DNA of 50,780 nt from a virus (Duplodnaviria > Caudoviricetes), in the IMG/VR virus record IMGVR_UViG_3300026097_000031, positions 1 to 50,780 of that record. One strand, written 5' to 3'. Positions 1 to 9,058 of the stretch are shown here, piece by piece (the first letter of the stretch is position 1; each line of letters begins with the position of its first letter). Position numbers and translations under genes: made by a program. Below the pieces are notes generated by a model that saw only the letters and a list, made by a program, of their open reading frames with translations, ran no database searches and was not told the origin of the DNA.

Positions 1-292
1 AGTTCTAGGCAAGTGCAGGCACATGCTCAGGTACAAGCACCCAAGAGTGTGAGCAGTTTGCGATCATGCTCAGGATCAAAGGCTAGGTATTCCCTGAGGA
101 CTCCTAGCAGTTATGTGAGCAGTTTCGACACATGCTCAGGTGCGACCTAGGCCCATCCACGGGTTAGCCCCAGGAACTTTTCAGGCAGTTGTGTAGCGGA
201 TGCCCAGCCGCAGCCCCGCACAGCAACCGTCCGGATGCCTGCGGGGAGAACTATCCCAAAAATCCAAACGAAAGACTGGACACTCTCGGCTT
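1..292. repeat. Left terminal overlap with 50522-50780 (circular or terminally redundant genome), with a variable internal allele
   Basis: 1-43 is identical to 50522-50564; 184-292 matches 50672-50780 with 1 mismatch; the intervening 44-183 and 50565-50671 differ. Confidence 0.92.
49..140. repeat. Palindromic repeat units GTGAGCAGTTT-N5-6-CATGCTCAGG
   Basis: Copies at 49-74, 115-140, 50490-50515, 50570-50596 and an expanded copy at 50515-50552 (its 3' part = 1-31); TGAGCA/TGCTCA arms. Confidence 0.85.
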
Positions 293-1330
293 GTCCGATT
301 CTAATGCCGTGGAAAGATTCCAATTCTTCCCGTCGGTAGAGTGCATGTACTTTCCCTTGTCCGACAGCCATATTGCCCTATCGGGACTCGCAGCAACCTT
401 TGATGAATTATTCACGTAACCCGTTTCCGGAGTGAAATCAACCTTCTCAAACGAATTTGCGTTGCCACTCAACACGAAGGAATTGTTGCCCGCTATGATC
501 GACCTGTCACCGATATTAGCCGCGCTTTGGATATCGGAAAAAGAATCGGAACAGTCTGCCAACCGCGACCAACTATTTGACGCAAACGGATCACCATTAC
601 TCTCGGCAATGGCAGTAACTGGACGCTGGCCAAGGCCAGGGGAGTAATACTGCAAAGCACACGCTCTGTTCAACTTAACGTCCCAGTAGGGGAAAGGTTT
701 CCTGAAAAGAGACGAAAGGGTTTCTGGAAAAGGTTGGCTTGCGTACAGCGTCTTATTGGCCGTGTCGTACCTCGTTACATATGTTGTTTTTTGGCCCAAG
801 ATCAACAAGTCGCCATTTGGTAAGGCAATACCGTCATTTAGATCATGGACTGTCGGTGCGTTCGGAAGTTCTAAGAAGTTCTCACCATTAAACACATGAA
901 TGGAGGTGTATTTATGGGTGGATGCATCTTTATCGACAAATATTGCGACGTCCATCCCAGGAGAATAGACTTGCAACTGCCCAACATTGCTTGGCACATC
1001 AACTTTATTCCAAGACAAACCATCTTTGCTTTCAACAATTTCTGGCCCGTACGCATAAGCAAAGACTTTTCCCCCAAGGAAAAAGGTGTTTGAAAAAAAA
1101 GCGTCGCCTAAACTTTCACCATACTTCCATTGCAGCCCGTCTGCCGAAATTGCGCTCTTTCCGTTGCCAAGTATGGCAATAAAAGTTGGCTGCACGTTTT
1201 GATAAAACTGAGTCCATTTGCCCTGGCTCAAAGCGAAACCGCCTTCTACTTCCTTCCACGATCCGCCGACATTGACAAAGGGTTTAGATTCTTGCCAATT
1301 CCCATCTGAATTTACTGGCACGCCGCTCAT
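251..1330 (-). CDS. Tail fibre / receptor-binding protein (beta-propeller-like, SxDGxxW repeats)
   Basis: N-terminal phage fibre motif ([10 protein letters not shown]...GKW), SADGLQW/SKDGLSW/STDGKNW repeats, ATG overlaps the upstream stop, visibly lower GC. Confidence 0.7.
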   Translation of the reverse strand: MSGVPVNSDGNWQESKPFVNVGGSWKEVEGGFALSQGKWTQFYQNVQPTFIAILGNGKSAISADGLQWKYGESLGDAFFSNTFFLGGKVFAYAYGPEIVESKDGLSWNKVDVPSNVGQLQVYSPGMDVAIFVDKDASTHKYTSIHVFNGENFLELPNAPTVHDLNDGIALPNGDLLILGQKTTYVTRYDTANKTLYASQPFPETLSSLFRKPFPYWDVKLNRACALQYYSPGLGQRPVTAIAESNGDPFASNSWSRLADCSDSFSDIQSAANIGDRSIIAGNNSFVLSGNANSFEKVDFTPETGYVNNSSKVAASPDRAIWLSDKGKYMHSTDGKNWNLSTALESDKPRVSSLSFGFLG

Positions 1331-2667
1331 TTGATCTGCAACCAAACGTCGCCATCGCTGCCACCAGACGGGGCATCCGTAGAAACCGTGATGTTGCGCA
1401 TGCCCTTCTGCGAAGAAGAAGCCGAAGGTCCACCAGTTAAATCAGCCTTCTTGTACACGGCAGAACTCAACGCATTAACCGTGTTACCCGTATCCGTGAT
1501 CGTCGACTCATTCTCCAGAACCTTCGCGACAACATCCACGTTGTCAGCAATCAACTTCTGCTTCAGGTACACGACCTGGTCGAACGTTGCCGAACCACCA
1601 ACATGCAGCGGAGTTTCCGCAGCCTGACCATCCCGACCAATACTCACATTGTTATCGGAATCAATCTCCACCGTGCGAGTAGTCTCCGTACCAACACCAA
1701 GAGCCATATAGTCAATCGCGTTGATCGACAACCTGTCGCTGAACTTCGTCACCCACGCCTCAGTCCCCGCACCCTGGTGCGCGAACTTCACCATCGAAGC
1801 ACCATGAATCGTGTCACCCGTAGGTGACTGAACATCACCAGAGTTCACCGTCAACCCAGGACCCTCCGGATGCTGATCATTCGGACCGACACCCAGCAAA
1901 CCCATATCCGACTGAACCAAACCCAACGTCTGCGACGTTGAGTCATACGTCAACGGGGCATCAGCAGAGTTAATGCCAGCCGGGCCCTGCGGGCCCACAT
2001 CACCCTGCGGTCCACGCTGCCCCTGCGGCCCCGTCGGTCCCGTCGGGCCCGTGTCACCCTGGTTACCCTTCGGCCCAGGAACACCCTGCGGGCCCTCCGG
2101 GCCCTGCACACCACGGGGCCCCTGAGGCCCTGTCGGGCCCTCAGGACCAACCGGACCCTCCGGGCCCTTAATGTGCCCCACGTCCTCCCAAGAACCCGTA
2201 CCGTCCGTGACACCCCACGTGTACAAGTCACCCGGATCAACAACGTAATACGTGTCACCCGGCTGCATCCCCGTCATTTCCTGCAAATCAACCAGCGTCG
2301 CAACATGGCCGCGCATATAGATCCCAGGACCGATAGGTCCCCGTTGGCCCTGCTGACCCTGCGCACCAGTCGGGCCCACCGGGCCCTGCTCACCCGTGTC
2401 ACCCTTCGGGCCCTGCGGGCCCGTAGAACCAGGATCACCCTGCTTACCCTGCGGGCCAGTAGCCCCAGCCGGGCCCTGCTCACCCATTGGACCCTCAGGT
2501 CCAGCCGGGCCAGTAGCACCCGTAGAACCAGCCGGACCCTGCGGGCCGCGACCACCCTGAATGGCGGGGAACTCGCCCCGCTTCGACGGGTCCTTCAAAT
2601 CCTCAATGAACCCAACCCACTTGTTGTGTTCATCAATGTGACCGGACTGTCCGGGCTCAAACGTCAT
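1327..2667 (-). CDS. Collagen-like tail fibre protein
   Basis: Two long Gly-X-Y (GPQ/GPT/GAT) tracts; C-terminal [11 protein letters not shown] fibre motif. Confidence 0.88.
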   Translation of the reverse strand: MTFEPGQSGHIDEHNKWVGFIEDLKDPSKRGEFPAIQGGRGPQGPAGSTGATGPAGPEGPMGEQGPAGATGPQGKQGDPGSTGPQGPKGDTGEQGPVGPTGAQGQQGQRGPIGPGIYMRGHVATLVDLQEMTGMQPGDTYYVVDPGDLYTWGVTDGTGSWEDVGHIKGPEGPVGPEGPTGPQGPRGVQGPEGPQGVPGPKGNQGDTGPTGPTGPQGQRGPQGDVGPQGPAGINSADAPLTYDSTSQTLGLVQSDMGLLGVGPNDQHPEGPGLTVNSGDVQSPTGDTIHGASMVKFAHQGAGTEAWVTKFSDRLSINAIDYMALGVGTETTRTVEIDSDNNVSIGRDGQAAETPLHVGGSATFDQVVYLKQKLIADNVDVVAKVLENESTITDTGNTVNALSSAVYKKADLTGGPSASSSQKGMRNITVSTDAPSGGSDGDVWLQIK

Positions 2668-2675
2668 TACTGCTC

Positions 2676-3062
2676 CTACGCAATCGGTGCTGGCTTATGC
2701 GCTTCCAGGTACGGCTTCGGATCTTCCAAGCCGCCCTCGCAAATGAAAAAGTCTTGAAACTCGTCGTTGTAGTCGTCCACGTAATGGACACCTTTCGCAC
2801 CGTCCTCAATGGCGGTGCGAGCCTGAGCCATCGTCAAGTAGTAGCCATCCCGGCCAACCTCGTAAACATTCCCCGGCCCATACTCCCGGAACGCGTCATC
2901 GCGTTCCAGGTTCGTTTTCACAAACCGGCCGTCCGTGAACACCCAGCAGCCCTGCGGTTCACCCGCATCGAAATCCATCCACATCGGATTCCCATGCCAG
3001 CCAATATTCGGGAACAACCCGGCATAAGAATTCGAATGAGTGCGTGGCCTAAACAACGGCAC
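2676..3062 (-). CDS. Hypothetical virion protein (downstream of capsid)
   Basis: 128 aa, RBS GGGAGG, operon position. Confidence 0.65.
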   Translation of the reverse strand: MPLFRPRTHSNSYAGLFPNIGWHGNPMWMDFDAGEPQGCWVFTDGRFVKTNLERDDAFREYGPGNVYEVGRDGYYLTMAQARTAIEDGAKGVHYVDDYNDEFQDFFICEGGLEDPKPYLEAHKPAPIA

Positions 3063-3081
3063 AGTTACCTCCCTTGGAAGT

Positions 3082-3120
3082 GGAGGAGGGAGCCCCCCTT
3101 GGGAAAGGGCCCCCTCCTCC
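3082..3120 (-). terminator. GC-rich hairpin after the major capsid gene (attenuator or stabiliser)
   Basis: GGAGGAGGG...CCCTCCTCC inverted repeat; no clear U-tract. Confidence 0.45.
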
Positions 3121-3131
3121 GGTCACGTTGA

Positions 3132-4340
3132 TCAGCCGTTGGCGCAAGCCACGAGCAGACCAGCGTTGTTGTCGTACGTTTGAACGCCGAAAGTTCCGAT
3201 CCAACCCAGGCCAGCCAGGCGGTTGAACTTGTCAGTCGTCGGAGTGACAACGGTGTGCGGTTCCTCGACGACAACGTCGCCGATACCTTCCGCACCAAGG
3301 AACAGAATGTTCGCTCCGTCGGTAGGTGCAGCCTCGATGATGCTGTTCGCATCAGCGGGGATCTCGCCGCCCTTGTTCAGGCCACGGAACTGCGGCCCTT
3401 CAATGAAGCGGACACCCTCATACACGCCAACGGTTCCACGCCAAATTGGCTCGTTGGAATCGCGGTCGAGATGTGGGTACCTCCATCCAGCCACATCAGT
3501 TTCCTCACGCAGTTTGACTGCGATCTCCGGAGTGATGAACGCGTTGTACAACCCATCGGAGTACGGGGCGACACCAAGCGAACGCAGATGGGCGACGATG
3601 CGGCGAACCGAATCGGAGTCCAGCGACAGCAAAGTGTCGTTCGCGTAGTCAACAACCGCGCCACCACGGTGACCCGGCTTGATCAACCCGTGACCACCCG
3701 CATCCTTGAACATGAGGTCTTCCTTCATGTTCCCATCAGCGGTCAGAGTCGGATCACCCTTCGCGAGGATCTGCGCCTGACGGAAGCCACCATCAAGGAA
3801 GCCACCCTTCAGCGAGTACAGAGCCTCCATGTAGACAGCGTCAACCGTGTCCCGCATGTTGCGGCCCACGTACTCCGCCTGCATCGGGTTGATCTCCGTC
3901 CACGAGAAACGCTGCAACCTCTGCGTGACAACGGTGGAGTTGCCGTACTCATTGACGGTCACATCCAACTTGTCTTCCAGCGGCGGCAACGCAACCGCGT
4001 CCGGGTCCGCGTACTCAGACAGCGGAGTCTTAGCCAAACCAAGACCCTGCGCGCCCGTGCGGAACATCGACACGGTGCTGCCCGGGTAGGCAGCCTGATC
4101 GACCATCCGCACGTTGGAGAACTGGCGGTACATCGGCTCAAAGCGGAGCCGCCACCGGATCACCTTGTCGAAAGTGGCCTTAACAATAGCCATTTCGTTG
4201 TAGGCTGTGGTTGAACCAGCAGCCAAGTTAGTGTTGGGGGGGTTAACGGTTAGCGCACCGTCAACACCAACACCTGAAGCAGTTAGTTCCGGGCCGGAAC
4301 CAACACGCATGGAATCATTGAGATTCCCCTGGGCAGACAT
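3132..4340 (-). CDS. Major capsid protein (N4-gp56-like family)
   Basis: 402 aa with EYGN, LREET...W, GTVGVYEGVRFIE and DKFNR motifs; follows scaffold; RBS GGAAGGAGG. Confidence 0.88.
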   Translation of the reverse strand: MSAQGNLNDSMRVGSGPELTASGVGVDGALTVNPPNTNLAAGSTTAYNEMAIVKATFDKVIRWRLRFEPMYRQFSNVRMVDQAAYPGSTVSMFRTGAQGLGLAKTPLSEYADPDAVALPPLEDKLDVTVNEYGNSTVVTQRLQRFSWTEINPMQAEYVGRNMRDTVDAVYMEALYSLKGGFLDGGFRQAQILAKGDPTLTADGNMKEDLMFKDAGGHGLIKPGHRGGAVVDYANDTLLSLDSDSVRRIVAHLRSLGVAPYSDGLYNAFITPEIAVKLREETDVAGWRYPHLDRDSNEPIWRGTVGVYEGVRFIEGPQFRGLNKGGEIPADANSIIEAAPTDGANILFLGAEGIGDVVVEEPHTVVTPTTDKFNRLAGLGWIGTFGVQTYDNNAGLLVACANG

Positions 4341-4362
4341 GATCTGCCTCCTTCCATAAGGG

Positions 4363-4794
4363 TTAGCCGCCTTGCTTCAGGACCGCCATCAGTTCCTCCA
4401 TGTTCTCCGCCTGATCAATCCTTGTCATGATGTCCTGCGGAGGGAGACCCTGAGCGCCCTGCTCAACGGCGTTAATGCGATTAATTTCTGCAGCCGCAGG
4501 ATCTGCCTGCGGCTGGGTTGGCCCACCGAACACGTCGGCATATTCATTCAGCCAATCATCAAGAGCATCCGCCTCGATGTCCTTCGGAACGAACGCAGCA
4601 ATCTTCGGGTTTAACCCGCGCTGCTGAATGGATTCAGCGAGCGTCTGCTTACGCCGATCCGCCTCAACCTCAGCGAACTTACTAGCGAGTTCATCTCGCT
4701 CTTTCGTAAGTTCCTTGATCTTGGCACGCAACTTCTTCGGCAGGTCAGCCGAATCGTTGTCTTCATCGAACAATGCGTCGTATTCGTTAGACAC
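4363..4794 (-). CDS. Scaffolding protein
   Basis: Acidic N-terminus, coiled coil, GLNPKIAAFVP..WLNEYADVFG; immediately upstream of capsid gene. Confidence 0.78.
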   Translation of the reverse strand: MSNEYDALFDEDNDSADLPKKLRAKIKELTKERDELASKFAEVEADRRKQTLAESIQQRGLNPKIAAFVPKDIEADALDDWLNEYADVFGGPTQPQADPAAAEINRINAVEQGAQGLPPQDIMTRIDQAENMEELMAVLKQGG

Positions 4795-4844
4795 ATCAAT
4801 CACCCTTACTTCCATATCGTGATGGTTCGCCACACGTTCCACGT

Positions 4845-4920
4845 CCAGGGGAAGAGGTGGAAGAAGTGACTATCGGACTAATGACACCCACCGGGGCCGA
4901 CCGATCCGGTTGGGGAACTA
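4845..4920 (-). ncRNA. Putative structured leader RNA (H-type pseudoknot) upstream of the scaffold/capsid genes
   Basis: Stem CCCAACCGG/CCGGTGGG; loop ATCGG complementary to downstream CCGAT. Confidence 0.4.
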
Positions 4921-4935
4921 TGCGCCGTAGCGCTG

Positions 4936-5016
4936 TGGAGGTGGCGGGATTCGAACCCGCGTTCCAGGGTCTACCCTCGTGGGGTCTTGAACCCTGGTCG
5001 AAACCAATCCACCCCC
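4936..5016 (-). ncRNA. tmRNA-like RNA consisting only of the tRNA-like domain (no mRNA-like domain)
   Basis: 5' GGGGGTG-GATTGGTTTCGA (tmRNA-type stemless D-loop); acceptor stem GGGGGTG/CACCTCC with G3-U70 and A73; P2 CCAGGGT/ACCCTGG; T-arm GCGGG-TTCGAAT-CCCGC. Confidence 0.85.
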
Positions 5017-5024
5017 GGCCTGTT

Positions 5025-5792
5025 TTAACCGAACAGAATTTGTTGAGCCTTCGGACCCCAATCACCTGGGGTTGGAACATGCCACCCGTGGTCGGCCTGC
5101 CAATTGGCGACAGCCTTACGCGGGTAACTCTGGTGATATTTCACAGGTTCGCCGTGGAAATAGCCCAGGTCTTTCAACCGGCAAGCCAGCCGGTACGCAG
5201 CCAGGCTCTTCACGCCAGTCTGCTCAGCCTTAATGACGTTCTCGTATGCAGGCACTTTTCCATCCCAGTACCGGGACGGGTCATCGTTGCCATGCTGAAT
5301 ACCCTCAGAGTCAATCTTGTGCTTGCGGAGGAAAGACTCAACGTCCTTAACAGTTGTGCCCTTCTTCAACTCCCAATGCATCGGGTCATAGTTCGACCCA
5401 TGCCAGTCGCCACCCCAATTCACCAGATCGCCGTACTTGTTCTTCATGTAGGCAATACCACGGTGATGCTTCGGATGGTCACTATCGAAGAATGAGCGTG
5501 GCGCAGACATGGCACCCTCATGCGCCCAATCCAGATCAACGGCAGTACCGCTGGAATGGTTTGACCAGTTGCTGTTCAAGCGGGACTTGCGGTAGTTGTA
5601 GCCACCCTCATCCCAATGACCCCGGTCAATGCTGGTCACATGCTTGTCATAGTCATGCGCTAACGCTAGGAAAAACGGCAACACTTCCCGGCGGGTAGTC
5701 AGTTTGCGGTGGGTGCCGGGGATCTTCCCGGTGGCGAGCATGTCATGATCGCGTGGACCGATAACGCGCCAATTGTTTATTGACCTAGGCAT
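5025..5792 (-). CDS. Endolysin, peptidase M15 family with a C-terminal peptidoglycan-binding-like domain
   Basis: GGYNYR, SNHSSGTAVD, WGGDW and DPMHWE zinc-peptidase motifs. Confidence 0.88.
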   Translation of the reverse strand: MPRSINNWRVIGPRDHDMLATGKIPGTHRKLTTRREVLPFFLALAHDYDKHVTSIDRGHWDEGGYNYRKSRLNSNWSNHSSGTAVDLDWAHEGAMSAPRSFFDSDHPKHHRGIAYMKNKYGDLVNWGGDWHGSNYDPMHWELKKGTTVKDVESFLRKHKIDSEGIQHGNDDPSRYWDGKVPAYENVIKAEQTGVKSLAAYRLACRLKDLGYFHGEPVKYHQSYPRKAVANWQADHGWHVPTPGDWGPKAQQILFG

Positions 5793-5867
5793 CAGCAGGC
5801 TCCAACTCTTCCTCGTCATCCCACGTAAACGGATCCCAAATATCAGGATCCCAATCAAAAGGCCCCA

Positions 5868-6020
5868 TCAACATGGTGCTCCTTCACAGCAATGTGACTT
5901 CCACTTACATTTCGGACAAAACCAGCGATGCCACGTACCGTCATAGAAATGACCACAGTTATCGCAATGAATCAAAACCGGTTCACTCCCACGAAGATGA
6001 CTACGCACCCACTCGATCAC
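5868..6020 (-). CDS. Small Cys-rich zinc-finger protein (50 aa, below the ORF-track cutoff)
   Basis: MIEWVR...HCDNCG...FCPKC..HCC; start overlaps the upstream stop. Confidence 0.55.
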   Translation of the reverse strand: MIEWVRSHLRGSEPVLIHCDNCGHFYDGTWHRWFCPKCKWKSHCCEGAPC

Positions 6021-6083
6021 TTACCAGACCTCCGGCTGACAACAATCTTCCCGTTACGTTCAGTAACCCTCATGCCAGCAGCC

Positions 6084-6464
6084 TCAGTCTGTTCCTTCAA
6101 CTGTCGATACTTCTCCGCCGCCGACAGGCGACTCCTCGACGGAGCCGCCTTCCTCGACGGGCTCACCGACCCCGACCGTTTCTTCGGGCTCGACTGATTC
6201 CACACGTTCTTCGCCACCAGGTGACTCCTCAATAGTCGCCGACACTTCCGGTGTCGGCTCAGGCGTTACATCCACAACCGTCTCTTCCGTCTCCGTCGCT
6301 GACGGAGACGGGCACGGGGAAGGCTCAGGGCAGTCACACACAACATCACTATTCGGACCCAAAGTTGGGCCTACTGCGCGGAACGGAATCGTTCCGGCAG
6401 TAACGAGGGAGGCAGCCCCGAACGCCACACCGAACGCAACCGCAACCGCAATCACGGTTTTCAC
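6084..6464 (-). CDS. Secreted/membrane protein with acidic Pro/Glu-rich tail
   Basis: N-terminal hydrophobic signal (AVAVAFGVAFGAASL); RBS GAGGGG. Confidence 0.6.
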   Translation of the reverse strand: MKTVIAVAVAFGVAFGAASLVTAGTIPFRAVGPTLGPNSDVVCDCPEPSPCPSPSATETEETVVDVTPEPTPEVSATIEESPGGEERVESVEPEETVGVGEPVEEGGSVEESPVGGGEVSTVEGTD

Positions 6465-6491
6465 GGGACCGCCCCCCTCTCTAGTTAGTTA

Positions 6492-6953
6492 CTACGGGGT
6501 GGTGGGATCGAAGATGACGGTAGCCATACCGTTCACTTGCTGCGCCTCAACAGCGTTGCTGAGCGTCAGCGTCCCAGGATCGGTGTCAGCCACAATGCTG
6601 TGGGAGACACTTGCGATGGACTGGTTAGCCGCATCGGTGATATCAATTTGCAGCGTCTGGGTTGCACACCCGGCAGCAGTCACATCCAGGCCAACCACGT
6701 TCACCGTGGTGATCTGGTAGTCGTTTACTGCTGCGGAATAGGTAGGCGCACCCAACTCCACTACATAACCGTCGCCGTCGCAAGTAGCGACGGCATCGGT
6801 GCTGGACACCACGGACGAAACCGTGGCCCCTCCAACAGCGGCGAAGGCAAATGCCCCCGCCCCAATTGCCAACCCACCAAGTGCGCCGACAATCGCATAA
6901 GCCCGCTTCTTACTGCGTGGCTTCTCAACATAGATGACCTGTTGATCGGTCAA
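6492..6953 (-). CDS. Secreted host-like protein, possibly TasA/CalY (SipW-class) pilin-like
   Basis: Basic N-terminus plus TM ending AFAFAA, two Cys (ATCDGDG, AGCATQ), beta-rich body; RBS GGGGAGG. Confidence 0.55.
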   Translation of the reverse strand: MTDQQVIYVEKPRSKKRAYAIVGALGGLAIGAGAFAFAAVGGATVSSVVSSTDAVATCDGDGYVVELGAPTYSAAVNDYQITTVNVVGLDVTAAGCATQTLQIDITDAANQSIASVSHSIVADTDPGTLTLSNAVEAQQVNGMATVIFDPTTP

Positions 6954-7062
6954 CTTTCCTCCCTGGGGAAGTAGGGAACTGCATTACATATTCATTTGTG
7001 TTGCCGACAGCAGGGGTAGAAGAACTACCCCCCCGCTGTCGAGCGAAGCAAAAAGGAACTAA

Positions 7063-7218
7063 CTACTTCTTGCGGCGCTTAGCCGCCGCCTTCTTAGCCC
7101 CGATAGATTCCTTACGGGAATCCCTCTTCTTCACCATCTTGCGGACATTCTTAGCCGACATCTCATCCATGCGAGCCTGCATGCCCTGCTTCTTACGGGT
7201 TGTCTTCTTCGCTGCCAT
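7063..7218 (-). CDS. Small highly basic protein
   Basis: MAAKKTTRKK..., RBS AAGGAG. Confidence 0.55.
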   Translation of the reverse strand: MAAKKTTRKKQGMQARMDEMSAKNVRKMVKKRDSRKESIGAKKAAAKRRKK

Positions 7219-7522
7219 TAGCACTCTCCTTGCTGATACTTTGACCAGAGCCAGCACCAACAGGTGGAGTAACCGGCAACTGATCTTGGACGTACATGGG
7301 CACGCTGGAGTTCCCCCTGCGAGCCCATGAAATTGCTTGCCACAAACCCGTGGCACCAGTTGCGATCAAGACAGCACGAATAAGTGCCTGGACTGCATCT
7401 TGATCAACGTTGATCTGCGGATCAACAGCGATGGCAGCCAAAACTTCGAAAGAGAAAACCGCCACCCAGACTGAAGCCCAATCAGCCAGATACCTCAAAA
7501 CTTTCGTGTTCTTCATCTTCAT
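7193..7522 (-). CDS. Membrane protein (lysis cassette)
   Basis: Two hydrophobic helices; adjacent to the holin-like gene. Confidence 0.5.
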   Translation of the reverse strand: MKMKNTKVLRYLADWASVWVAVFSFEVLAAIAVDPQINVDQDAVQALIRAVLIATGATGLWQAISWARRGNSSVPMYVQDQLPVTPPVGAGSGQSISKESANGSEEDNP

Positions 7523-7618
7523 CGACCTCAGGGGAAATGTGTTGGTCTTCGGTTTCCTCAACAACAGCAACCTCGACAGGTTCCGTCTCGCGCTCAGGCG
7601 CGAACTTCACGGCAGGGT

Positions 7619-7852
7619 TCATGACGCATCAACCCGACCGAACCGGGCATCCTTCGGATTCAACCAAGACGCAAGAACCGCTACAGCGGAAGATGCGGCA
7701 GGGATAACCCATTGCTGCCAATTATCAAACGAGAGAGTTCCCGTGTCGGACCAGTCAGCAGTCATCACCACAAGGAACGTGCCCAAGAAAACAGACAACG
7801 CATGCCCCAGCGGCGTGTTAGCCAACCAATTTTGAATCTCTTTAGGATCCAT
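7619..7852 (-). CDS. Holin-like membrane protein
   Basis: 77 aa, 2 TM segments, C-terminal WLNPKDARFG as in actinophage holins. Confidence 0.7.
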   Translation of the reverse strand: MDPKEIQNWLANTPLGHALSVFLGTFLVVMTADWSDTGTLSFDNWQQWVIPAASSAVAVLASWLNPKDARFGRVDAS

Positions 7853-7882
7853 TACTGCTCCAGTTTCGTACTTGTCGAATGC

Positions 7883-9058
7883 TTAACGCGCTTGCTTCTG
7901 CTTCAACGCGCTATTACTAATAGCGGAACTTCCCGAAAAGCGGGAACGTTCCTGACTGGCGAAACGCTTCTTACGTTGACCAGCCTCAACAGCGCCCGAC
8001 AACCCGAACGCTTCACGAATCAAATCCGCCTGACTTGCTTCCTCGCGAGCCAACGCAGCGATCCGTTCATAAGCCTTACTTTCATTCGAAACCGTTTTGA
8101 ATGTCGCAGACGACATGTCAAACGTTGAACCGAACTGAGTGCCAGCGATCTCGTCACGCAGAATGTCACTCAAACCAACACTCTGAGCCCTAGCGCCACC
8201 AGCAACATTCGCCTGAGATAGTCGCTTCTGGTACTGCGCATCCAAAGCCTCAATGGCCCGCTCCGGGTCGAGCACATACTCGACCATCTCAATATCCGTC
8301 AAACCATAAATGCTGCGCAGTTCCTGCTTAACGAAATCATTCGTGTTGTAGTTAATGAAATTCTTCGCAACGGTAACCCGGTCCGTTACTTCCTGCGGGG
8401 AAACATCGTTAACGATCCAGTCCGTGATGTCCTGATTAGTTCCCCAAATGGCTCCATCCGGAAGCCCCGATAGGGCGTTCCGGTAGCCAGACTCCAACGC
8501 CACATACGCTGCCGCTGTCGGCTCCGGGCGAGGAGGCAGACCCTGCGCGGCACGCTGCGCATTGATAGCACGCAGTTCCTTAATAGCGGGGAACCGGTTA
8601 TCGAAAGCCTTCTGATACTCCGGATCCCTCGACAAGATCGACATGATCGTGTCGGAGTCGTTATAACCCTGCTCAACGTACTTACGTACGCCACCCCACA
8701 AAGACATCAAACCGCTCGACTGGAAGAAACCTTCCATCGAAGCCAACGCAGCATTAACACGCTGCTTCTCCTGATCAGCGGCTAAACGCTCATCCTCCGC
8801 TTTACGCCAAGCACCATAATCAAAACCAGAATCCTCACCGCTAGAAGTCTCCGTCGTCCCCGCTGTTTGGACAGGGCCCCACGAGTTAGCGTGATTCACC
8901 ACAGCAGCAGCAACATTCGCGTTACCCGACTGTTGCGCATACTGGTACGCCTGCTGAGCGAAACCATCAGCAGCAGCACGATCACCACGGTTAATGGCGT
9001 TCTGCGCTGCAAGCATCACATTCTGCGCCTGCTGCGAATACCAATTGATAGCCATCAC
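7883..9058 (-). CDS. Internal virion (ejection) protein
   Basis: 391 aa helical protein in the podovirus core block. Confidence 0.6.
   Translation of the reverse strand: MMAINWYSQQAQNVMLAAQNAINRGDRAAADGFAQQAYQYAQQSGNANVAAAVVNHANSWGPVQTAGTTETSSGEDSGFDYGAWRKAEDERLAADQEKQRVNAALASMEGFFQSSGLMSLWGGVRKYVEQGYNDSDTIMSILSRDPEYQKAFDNRFPAIKELRAINAQRAAQGLPPRPEPTAAAYVALESGYRNALSGLPDGAIWGTNQDITDWIVNDVSPQEVTDRVTVAKNFINYNTNDFVKQELRSIYGLTDIEMVEYVLDPERAIEALDAQYQKRLSQANVAGGARAQSVGLSDILRDEIAGTQFGSTFDMSSATFKTVSNESKAYERIAALAREEASQADLIREAFGLSGAVEAGQRKKRFASQERSRFSGSSAISNSALKQKQAR

Noticed and set aside
49-140. CRISPR array or hammerhead (CTGAGCA...GAAAC) in the terminal repeats
   Set aside because: Repeats vary internally, spacers are irregular (0-40 nt) and self-structured, and there is no cas operon. 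CTGAGCA lacks the G8 of the CUGANGA core.
1-292. Diversity-generating retroelement VR/TR pair
   Set aside because: No reverse transcriptase was found, the differences are not adenine-specific, and the coding part of the repeat is identical.
4936-5016. Canonical tRNA-Ala, or attP derived from a tRNA/ssrA 3' end
   Set aside because: There is no D-stem or 7-nt anticodon loop. Both tmRNA ends are present and pair, and the site lies mid late-operon ~12 kb (circular) from int, which is atypical for attP.
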